Positions 8,015 to 17,303 of a stretch of DNA of 17,303 nt are shown here, piece by piece. The translations under genes and the position numbers were made by a program. Source of the DNA: Rebecca billardiae RCC1528 (taxonomy: Eukaryota; Protista; Haptophyta); the NCBI GenBank assembly GCA_965240325.2, contig CBDEKP020000002.1, positions 1 to 17,303 of the forward strand, written 5' to 3'. Position 1 is the first letter of the stretch; the number at the start of each line of letters is the position of its first letter. The notes under the pieces were generated by a model. It worked only from the letters and a program-made list of their open reading frames with translations. It was not told the origin of the DNA and did no database searches.

Positions 8015-9121
8015 AAGGGAGTCAAGGGTGCCCGCGCCCCAGTGGCGCGCTCGCCGGATGTGAGGATACACCTTTTTGCCCGCGGCCTGCGGCGGGCGGC
8101 GGCGAGGGCGTGCTCCGCTGGCGGGGCGAGCGCACGGGGCACGGCGCTGCGGGCGCGGATGTGCCCGCGAAGCCGGCGCGTGCAGACGGGCTGTTGCGGG
8201 AGAGTATTCGGCGCCCTCCTGCGCCGCGCGACTTGCGCCACGCCTCTTTCGCCTCGGCTCAGAGCAGCGCGCACGCACGCGCCGCCTCAAGGCCAGCCTT
8301 GCCGCGCCGCAGCCGGCCGCGCGCGCGCCGTGCGCGGCGCGGTCGGGAAGGAACGGGCGCTGCTGCCGGGCGAGATGGCAAACGCATGTGCGCACGCCAT
8401 GCCGCCCCGCGGCGCCGCGAAAGAGCACGAGAACGGATCCGCACAGCTGTTGACGAGTGCTGATCACTTGTCGTGCACGAAGCCAGACCTGAGCTCGCAG
8501 AAGATGATGAAAGAGCATCAGCGCGAGGAAAGCGTCGCACCCAGCACTTCTACATGAGCACGCGGTGATGAACATGCATGTAAGAGTAGCCCGCGTGCCC
8601 GTCTGGCACTATTCTGTGTCTCAATGATCGTCCCAACAAGGGTCACGACCGCGCAGCCGTGCACACCATTTGTGACAAGTCGAAGAGGCATGCAAACAGA
8701 CCGACGACACGCTCATCAAGGCGCCGCGGGGCGGCATGGCGTGCGCACATGCGTTTGCCATCTCGCCCGGCAGCAGCGCCCGTTCCTTCCCGACCGCGCC
8801 GCGCACGGCGCGCGCGCGGCCGGCTGCGGCGCGGCAAGGCTGGCCTTGAGGCGGCGCGTGCGTGCGCGCTGCTCTGAGCCGAGGCGAAAGAGGCGTGGCG
8901 CAAGTCGCGCGGCGCAGGAGGGCGCCGAATACTCTCCCGCAACAGCCCGTCTGCACGCGCCGGCTTCGCGGGCACATCCGCGCCCGCAGCGCCGTGCCCC
9001 GTGCGCTCGCCCCGCCAGCGGAGCACGCCCTCGCCGCCGCCCGCCGCAGGCCGCGGGCAAAAAGGTGTATCCTCACATCCGGCGAGCGCGCCACTGGGGC
9101 GCGGGCACCCTTGACTCCCTT
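8015..9121. mobile_element. Non-autonomous foldback DNA transposon with ~402-bp TIRs and a 303-bp spacer (Mutator-like, or P/Galileo-like)
   Basis: 8015-8416 is the reverse complement of 8720-9121: paired coordinates sum to 17136 at both ends, and the ORF translations from 8042(+) and 9094(-) are identical through the arm. The direct repeat GACCGGAGC flanks it at 8006-8014 and 9122-9130. Confidence 0.92.
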
Positions 9122-10056
9122 GACCGGAGCGTCGCAGCCGAGATCGCGGGCTACTAGGGCATGCTGGTGGACTCTTTTGGCTGTCCGGAAGGGCCTAGGC
9201 AGGACTTTTACTTATTGGGCTATCTTTTGGCTCACATAGGACTTCAGACTGCCATCTTTTGGCTCAGCCAATGGTTGCACGAGTTGGCGGAGGCCTCGTG
9301 GCGACAACGCCCTTGGCCCTCGTTGACTCCCCTCCTCCGGCCCTCGCACTTGGTCGCTGACGATGGCGCCCGGCGAGGGGTTCAAACACCCTCACAGACC
9401 GCGCGTGGGGAGCGACCTCAAGGCGCGTTTGGCAACGCACGATCGACGCTAAACGCCGTGGCCTCGCGTGCATCACTCCCACTGGCACATATGCACGTGT
9501 CGGCAGGGGACGCGCCTGACCACCCACGTGGCGTCTGACAGCTAAGCCGAAGCAGTCCAGCTCTTGTCAGCGTCGAGGTTGGCGCTGCTCACGTTGCTGA
9601 CTTCGGTGTTAGCGCCGCTGACCTTCGGGGGACGCGGCCGTATCTCGTGTCGCCATGCCGGCCGCGGCAGATGCGGGGCGCCGTGGCGTTGCCCTTTCCC
9701 GACGACGTGACGCACACACGCGCGCCCGCGTGCACGCTCGGCGGCGCGCGGCACACCTACGCCGCCAGTGCGCGCGGCCCTCGGCGGCCACCGCTGCCGC
9801 CAGCGGTCGGCGACGCGGGTGATGGGTAGACGCGCACCGCAATCTCAGCTGCGAGCGCGCGGCCTCTGTGGCGCCGGCAGTGCCGAACGCGCCGCCCGCC
9901 GCCGCGCCGCACAGCGCACCGCCTGCCGTCGCGTGCCTAGTCGCGGCCGCCCTCGCGCGCGCCAACAGCCGCGGCGCTGCGCAGCTTGTCGCGGCGGCGC
10001 TGGGCGCATGGCTGAGAGGCGCGATCAGCAGCGGATTTGCGAGAGAAAGCACACCG

Positions 10057-10250
10057 TGGAGCAAGGGACCATGCACGTACGACCGCGCTCGCAAAGCAGG
10101 CCCCTGCTGCACGGTAGGTGAGTGTGAGATCGTGGTCGGCCCAGAGCTTCAGCAGCTTTGGGCTCCGGGCGGTACCGAGGACGAGGCGCTGAAGCTGCTA
10201 GGGGTCGGCCCTGCGATCGCCAACGTCGCGGACGCTCTCGCCGCCGTGAT
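10057..10250 (+). pseudogene. HhH-GPD (endonuclease III/MutY-like) DNA glycosylase-like fragment carried in each 2090-bp unit (also at +2090, +4180, +6270)
   Basis: TEDEALKLLGVGPAIANV (10174-10227) fits the helix-hairpin-helix pattern (LxxLPGVGxxxA) and is preceded by W...YDRARK, reminiscent of MutY WxGLGYYxRARNL. The ORF has no ATG start and no GPD or FeS motif follows. Confidence 0.4.
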
Positions 10251-11104
10251 GCGTGCCACTTGGCGCGTGAGGCGGCTGAGGAAGGCACATGTGTGCACCG
10301 CAGCAGCCTTCCAGAGTCTGAGTGCCGCAGAGGCTGGACGACACCCTTACGCGCACGCGCGCGCGCATTTGCATCGGGAGTCGCATACAGGCCGCGGCAC
10401 CGGTCCACCGCACCTGCACTCGCGCCCCCCGTCGTCAGGCCAGCGCTCCTCGCTCTCGCGGCGCTGAGTCCTTTGTGAGAGCGACCCACCCAGTGGCACG
10501 TGCTGTTGGCAGCCGTGCACTGTGCCGTGTGTGTACGAGGTAGCCATCCGCTGACCGACACACGCTTTCGTGCGCATCGGCTGAGGCGACTGTTCGCCCG
10601 CATTCCGCCGCCTCCTCTCGTCTGTCGCGTGACCACCTGCACAGCTCCACCACAGCTCACACGTGTGCGGAGGCTGCTGATGGGCGGAGTGCCGCCCACT
10701 TGCTCGCTGGCCGCTGACTGCGTGGCGTGATACCATGCCTTAGACGCGCCTCACTCGAGCGCTCCTCTTGCTCGGCAGCAGTTGTCGATGAGTGAAACAG
10801 CCAGACGCCCATTGAATGCATCGGCATGTGTTTGTGACGGCAGGGCGTGTGCGCACCGCTACCGCCTCACTGAGCCCAGGTCTGACGGCGTGCGCTTTGC
10901 CTGCGGCGGAGGGTCACTGTCGTCGCCTGTCGTCACAATCACGGCACGACGACAGTGATTTCGAAGCGCCGAGCGCGCGACGACGAGCAGGCGTAACCGA
11001 TTCAGCCACTACAGTCGACGGATGTCACGTCTGTAGCCGAGACATGATGTCCCTGACCGAGCGCCCAGCTGTATCAGACTGACCACTATCACCGACTACG
11101 ATGA

Positions 11105-11189
11105 TCCTCCTTTTCCTCCCTCTCTTCTCCCCCTCTCTTCTCCCTCCTTCCCTCCTCCCCCTCCTTTTTCCTCCCCTCTCCTTTTTTCT
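11105..11189 (+). repeat. 85-nt pure polypyrimidine tract (also 13195-13279, 15285-15369)
   Basis: Uninterrupted C/T run ending 20 bp before the subterminal inverted repeat of each complete unit. Confidence 0.95.
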
Positions 11190-14100
11190 GGCGCGAGTTT
11201 ACAATAACTCCACCAGCATGGACAATTTGCCGATCGCGGGCTACTAGGGCATGCTGGTGGACTCTTTTGGCTGTCCGGAAGGGCCTAGGCAGGACTTTTA
11301 CTTATTGGGCTATCTTTTGGCTCACATAGGACTTCAGACTGCCATCTTTTGGCTCAGCCAATGGTTGCACGAGTTGGCGGAGGCCTCGTGGCGACAACGC
11401 CCTTGGCCCTCGTTGACTCCCCTCCTCCGGCCCTCGCACTTGGTCGCTGACGATGGCGCCCGGCGAGGGGTTCAAACACCCTCACAGACCGCGCGTGGGG
11501 AGCGACCTCAAGGCGCGTTTGGCAACGCACGATCGACGCTAAACGCCGTGGCCTCGCGTGCATCACTCCCACTGGCACATATGCACGTGTCGGCAGGGGA
11601 CGCGCCTGACCACCCACGTGGCGTCTGACAGCTAAGCCGAAGCAGTCCAGCTCTTGTCAGCGTCGAGGTTGGCGCTGCTCACGTTGCTGACTTCGGTGTT
11701 AGCGCCGCTGACCTTCGGGGGACGCGGCCGTATCTCGTGTCGCCATGCCGGCCGCGGCAGATGCGGGGCGCCGTGGCGTTGCCCTTTCCCGACGACGTGA
11801 CGCACACACGCGCGCCCGCGTGCACGCTCGGCGGCGCGCGGCACACCTACGCCGCCAGTGCGCGCGGCCCTCGGCGGCCACCGCTGCCGCCAGCGGTCGG
11901 CGACGCGGGTGATGGGTAGACGCGCACCGCAATCTCAGCTGCGAGCGCGCGGCCTCTGTGGCGCCGGCAGTGCCGAACGCGCCGCCCGCCGCCGCGCCGC
12001 ACAGCGCACCGCCTGCCGTCGCGTGCCTAGTCGCGGCCGCCCTCGCGCGCGCCAACAGCCGCGGCGCTGCGCAGCTTGTCGCGGCGGCGCTGGGCGCATG
12101 GCTGAGAGGCGCGATCAGCAGCGGATTTGCGAGAGAAAGCACACCGTGGAGCAAGGGACCATGCACGTACGACCGCGCTCGCAAAGCAGGCCCCTGCTGC
12201 ACGGTAGGTGAGTGTGAGATCGTGGTCGGCCCAGAGCTTCAGCAGCTTTGGGCTCCGGGCGGTACCGAGGACGAGGCGCTGAAGCTGCTAGGGGTCGGCC
12301 CTGCGATCGCCAACGTCGCGGACGCTCTCGCCGCCGTGATGCGTGCCACTTGGCGCGTGAGGCGGCTGAGGAAGGCACATGTGTGCACCGCAGCAGCCTT
12401 CCAGAGTCTGAGTGCCGCAGAGGCTGGACGACACCCTTACGCGCACGCGCGCGCGCATTTGCATCGGGAGTCGCATACAGGCCGCGGCACCGGTCCACCG
12501 CACCTGCACTCGCGCCCCCCGTCGTCAGGCCAGCGCTCCTCGCTCTCGCGGCGCTGAGTCCTTTGTGAGAGCGACCCACCCAGTGGCACGTGCTGTTGGC
12601 AGCCGTGCACTGTGCCGTGTGTGTACGAGGTAGCCATCCGCTGACCGACACACGCTTTCGTGCGCATCGGCTGAGGCGACTGTTCGCCCGCATTCCGCCG
12701 CCTCCTCTCGTCTGTCGCGTGACCACCTGCACAGCTCCACCACAGCTCACACGTGTGCGGAGGCTGCTGATGGGCGGAGTGCCGCCCACTTGCTCGCTGG
12801 CCGCTGACTGCGTGGCGTGATACCATGCCTTAGACGCGCCTCACTCGAGCGCTCCTCTTGCTCGGCAGCAGTTGTCGATGAGTGAAACAGCCAGACGCCC
12901 ATTGAATGCATCGGCATGTGTTTGTGACGGCAGGGCGTGTGCGCACCGCTACCGCCTCACTGAGCCCAGGTCTGACGGCGTGCGCTTTGCCTGCGGCGGA
13001 GGGTCACTGTCGTCGCCTGTCGTCACAATCACGGCACGACGACAGTGATTTCGAAGCGCCGAGCGCGCGACGACGAGCAGGCGTAACCGATTCAGCCACT
13101 ACAGTCGACGGATGTCACGTCTGTAGCCGAGACATGATGTCCCTGACCGAGCGCCCAGCTGTATCAGACTGACCACTATCACCGACTACGATGATCCTCC
13201 TTTTCCTCCCTCTCTTCTCCCCCTCTCTTCTCCCTCCTTCCCTCCTCCCCCTCCTTTTTCCTCCCCTCTCCTTTTTTCTGGCGCGAGTTTACAATAACTC
13301 CACCAGCATGGACAATTTGCCGATCGCGGGCTACTAGGGCATGCTGGTGGACTCTTTTGGCTGTCCGGAAGGGCCTAGGCAGGACTTTTACTTATTGGGC
13401 TATCTTTTGGCTCACATAGGACTTCAGACTGCCATCTTTTGGCTCAGCCAATGGTTGCACGAGTTGGCGGAGGCCTCGTGGCGACAACGCCCTTGGCCCT
13501 CGTTGACTCCCCTCCTCCGGCCCTCGCACTTGGTCGCTGACGATGGCGCCCGGCGAGGGGTTCAAACACCCTCACAGACCGCGCGTGGGGAGCGACCTCA
13601 AGGCGCGTTTGGCAACGCACGATCGACGCTAAACGCCGTGGCCTCGCGTGCATCACTCCCACTGGCACATATGCACGTGTCGGCAGGGGACGCGCCTGAC
13701 CACCCACGTGGCGTCTGACAGCTAAGCCGAAGCAGTCCAGCTCTTGTCAGCGTCGAGGTTGGCGCTGCTCACGTTGCTGACTTCGGTGTTAGCGCCGCTG
13801 ACCTTCGGGGGACGCGGCCGTATCTCGTGTCGCCATGCCGGCCGCGGCAGATGCGGGGCGCCGTGGCGTTGCCCTTTCCCGACGACGTGACGCACACACG
13901 CGCGCCCGCGTGCACGCTCGGCGGCGCGCGGCACACCTACGCCGCCAGTGCGCGCGGCCCTCGGCGGCCACCGCTGCCGCCAGCGGTCGGCGACGCGGGT
14001 GATGGGTAGACGCGCACCGCAATCTCAGCTGCGAGCGCGCGGCCTCTGTGGCGCCGGCAGTGCCGAACGCGCCGCCCGCCGCCGCGCCGCACAGCGCACC

Positions 14101-17100
14101 GCCTGCCGTCGCGTGCCTAGTCGCGGCCGCCCTCGCGCGCGCCAACAGCCGCGGCGCTGCGCAGCTTGTCGCGGCGGCGCTGGGCGCATGGCTGAGAGGC
14201 GCGATCAGCAGCGGATTTGCGAGAGAAAGCACACCGTGGAGCAAGGGACCATGCACGTACGACCGCGCTCGCAAAGCAGGCCCCTGCTGCACGGTAGGTG
14301 AGTGTGAGATCGTGGTCGGCCCAGAGCTTCAGCAGCTTTGGGCTCCGGGCGGTACCGAGGACGAGGCGCTGAAGCTGCTAGGGGTCGGCCCTGCGATCGC
14401 CAACGTCGCGGACGCTCTCGCCGCCGTGATGCGTGCCACTTGGCGCGTGAGGCGGCTGAGGAAGGCACATGTGTGCACCGCAGCAGCCTTCCAGAGTCTG
14501 AGTGCCGCAGAGGCTGGACGACACCCTTACGCGCACGCGCGCGCGCATTTGCATCGGGAGTCGCATACAGGCCGCGGCACCGGTCCACCGCACCTGCACT
14601 CGCGCCCCCCGTCGTCAGGCCAGCGCTCCTCGCTCTCGCGGCGCTGAGTCCTTTGTGAGAGCGACCCACCCAGTGGCACGTGCTGTTGGCAGCCGTGCAC
14701 TGTGCCGTGTGTGTACGAGGTAGCCATCCGCTGACCGACACACGCTTTCGTGCGCATCGGCTGAGGCGACTGTTCGCCCGCATTCCGCCGCCTCCTCTCG
14801 TCTGTCGCGTGACCACCTGCACAGCTCCACCACAGCTCACACGTGTGCGGAGGCTGCTGATGGGCGGAGTGCCGCCCACTTGCTCGCTGGCCGCTGACTG
14901 CGTGGCGTGATACCATGCCTTAGACGCGCCTCACTCGAGCGCTCCTCTTGCTCGGCAGCAGTTGTCGATGAGTGAAACAGCCAGACGCCCATTGAATGCA
15001 TCGGCATGTGTTTGTGACGGCAGGGCGTGTGCGCACCGCTACCGCCTCACTGAGCCCAGGTCTGACGGCGTGCGCTTTGCCTGCGGCGGAGGGTCACTGT
15101 CGTCGCCTGTCGTCACAATCACGGCACGACGACAGTGATTTCGAAGCGCCGAGCGCGCGACGACGAGCAGGCGTAACCGATTCAGCCACTACAGTCGACG
15201 GATGTCACGTCTGTAGCCGAGACATGATGTCCCTGACCGAGCGCCCAGCTGTATCAGACTGACCACTATCACCGACTACGATGATCCTCCTTTTCCTCCC
15301 TCTCTTCTCCCCCTCTCTTCTCCCTCCTTCCCTCCTCCCCCTCCTTTTTCCTCCCCTCTCCTTTTTTCTGGCGCGAGTTTACAATAACTCCACCAGCATG
15401 GACAATTTGCCGATCGCGGGCTACTAGGGCATGCTGGTGGACTCTTTTGGCTGTCCGGAAGGGCCTAGGCAGGACTTTTACTTATTGGGCTATCTTTTGG
15501 CTCACATAGGACTTCAGACTGCCATCTTTTGGCTCAGCCAATGGTTGCACGAGTTGGCGGAGGCCTCGTGGCGACAACGCCCTTGGCCCTCGTTGACTCC
15601 CCTCCTCCGGCCCTCGCACTTGGTCGCTGACGATGGCGCCCGGCGAGGGGTTCAAACACCCTCACAGACCGCGCGTGGGGAGCGACCTCAAGGCGCGTTT
15701 GGCAACGCACGATCGACGCTAAACGCCGTGGCCTCGCGTGCATCACTCCCACTGGCACATATGCACGTGTCGGCAGGGGACGCGCCTGACCACCCACGTG
15801 GCGTCTGACAGCTAAGCCGAAGCAGTCCAGCTCTTGTCAGCGTCGAGGTTGGCGCTGCTCACGTTGCTGACTTCGGTGTTAGCGCCGCTGACCTTCGGGG
15901 GACGCGGCCGTATCTCGTGTCGCCATGCCGGCCGCGGCAGATGCGGGGCGCCGTGGCGTTGCCCTTTCCCGACGACGTGACGCACACACGCGCGCCCGCG
16001 TGCACGCTCGGCGGCGCGCGGCACACCTACGCCGCCAGTGCGCGCGGCCCTCGGCGGCCACCGCTGCCGCCAGCGGTCGGCGACGCGGGTGATGGGTAGA
16101 CGCGCACCGCAATCTCAGCTGCGAGCGCGCGGCCTCTGTGGCGCCGGCAGTGCCGAACGCGCCGCCCGCCGCCGCGCCGCACAGCGCACCGCCTGCCGTC
16201 GCGTGCCTAGTCGCGGCCGCCCTCGCGCGCGCCAACAGCCGCGGCGCTGCGCAGCTTGTCGCGGCGGCGCTGGGCGCATGGCTGAGAGGCGCGATCAGCA
16301 GCGGATTTGCGAGAGAAAGCACACCGTGGAGCAAGGGACCATGCACGTACGACCGCGCTCGCAAAGCAGGCCCCTGCTGCACGGTAGGTGAGTGTGAGAT
16401 CGTGGTCGGCCCAGAGCTTCAGCAGCTTTGGGCTCCGGGCGGTACCGAGGACGAGGCGCTGAAGCTGCTAGGGGTCGGCCCTGCGATCGCCAACGTCGCG
16501 GACGCTCTCGCCGCCGTGATGCGTGCCACTTGGCGCGTGAGGCGGCTGAGGAAGGCACATGTGTGCACCGCAGCAGCCTTCCAGAGTCTGAGTGCCGCAG
16601 AGGCTGGACGACACCCTTACGCGCACGCGCGCGCGCATTTGCATCGGGAGTCGCATACAGGCCGCGGCACCGGTCCACCGCACCTGCACTCGCGCCCCCC
16701 GTCGTCAGGCCAGCGCTCCTCGCTCTCGCGGCGCTGAGTCCTTTGTGAGAGCGACCCACCCAGTGGCACGTGCTGTTGGCAGCCGTGCACTGTGCCGTGT
16801 GTGTACGAGGTAGCCATCCGCTGACCGACACACGCTTTCGTGCGCATCGGCTGAGGCGACTGTTCGCCCGCATTCCGCCGCCTCCTCTCGTCTGTCGCGT
16901 GACCACCTGCACAGCTCCACCACAGCTCACACGTGTGCGGAGGCTGCTGATGGGCGGAGTGCCGCCCACTTGCTCGCTGGCCGCTGACTGCGTGGCGTGA
17001 TACCATGCCTTAGACGCGCCTCACTCGAGCGCTCCTCTTGCTCGGCAGCAGTTGTCGATGAGTGAAACAGCCAGACGCCCATTGAATGCATCGGCATGTG

Positions 17101-17303
17101 TTTGTGACGGCAGGGCGTGTGCGCACCGCTACCGCCTCACTGAGCCCAGGTCTGACGGCGTGCGCTTTGCCTGCGGCGGAGGGTCACTGTCGTCGCCTGT
17201 CGTCACAATCACGGCACGACGACAGTGATTTCGAAGCGCCGAGCGCGCGACGACGAGCAGGCGTAACCGATTCAGCCACTACAGTCGACGGATGTCACGT
17301 CTG

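Larger units (their letters stand above)
9142..11231 (-). mobile_element. Repeat unit: putative non-autonomous rolling-circle (HUH-type; Helitron2/Helentron- or Replitron-like) element
   Basis: Asymmetrically placed 12-bp subterminal inverted repeats CATGCTGGTGGA (9160-9171) / TCCACCAGCATG (11209-11220); short subterminal direct repeats; a simple-sequence tract near one end; seamless head-to-tail junctions; no transposase ORF. The class assignment is inference. Confidence 0.5.
9142..17303. repeat. Head-to-tail tandem array of a 2090-bp unit: 9142-11231, 11232-13321, 13322-15411, 15412->17303 (truncated by window end)
   Basis: The ORF track repeats with an exact 2090 offset and identical translations. 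Identity between copies starts at GATCGCGGGCTACTAGGG (9142 vs 11232). No differences were noticed by eye. Confidence 0.97.

Noticed and set aside
7766-9239. Arg/Ala-rich ORFs across the inverted repeat as a transposase
   Set aside because: Low-complexity mirror-image translations with no DDE or DNA-binding motif recognised.
9377-9390. Pol III B-box-like GGTTCAAAC within the 2090-bp unit
   Set aside because: No convincing A box or tRNA fold upstream.
9542-9625. Pentapeptide-repeat-like peptide VSGANTEVSNVSSANLD on the minus strand
   Set aside because: Only three degenerate periods; too short to distinguish from chance.
9142-11231. Tandem array of 5S rRNA, snRNA, spliced-leader or histone genes
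   Set aside because: No recognisable sequence of these genes. CTTTTGGCT resembles U2 stem I, but the adjoining AAGATCAAGTGTAGTA is absent. An Rfam scan would settle it.

Overview
GC-rich eukaryotic genomic DNA with spliceosomal GT-AG introns. A secondary-plastid alga such as a haptophyte is plausible from the GC content, the ...gcgcag acceptors and a bipartite-type N-terminal presequence, but this is inference only. From left to right the window holds: (1) the 5' part of a minus-strand gene for a secreted or surface leucine-rich-repeat protein, in which each 24-aa LRR sits on its own 72-nt phase-2 exon. The intervening introns are homologous mosaics of one another and the predicted concave-face residues are hypervariable. 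(2) A 594-bp TA-flanked Tc1/mariner-type MITE and a degenerate tRNA-derived (SINE-like) sequence upstream of that gene. (3) A poorly resolved 3.5-6.5 kb region with a palindrome cluster and a possible SAM-methyltransferase fragment. (4) An intronless minus-strand Sec14/CRAL-TRIO gene with a likely signal plus transit peptide. (5) A 1.1-kb foldback transposon with ~402-bp TIRs and a target-site duplication, 130 bp upstream of that gene. (6) A head-to-tail array of at least 3.9 apparently identical 2090-bp units running off the window end. Each unit has asymmetric 12-bp subterminal inverted repeats and an HhH-like coding fragment, suggesting a non-autonomous rolling-circle (HUH-type) element. 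Most ORFs in the supplied track are GC-rich shadow ORFs.
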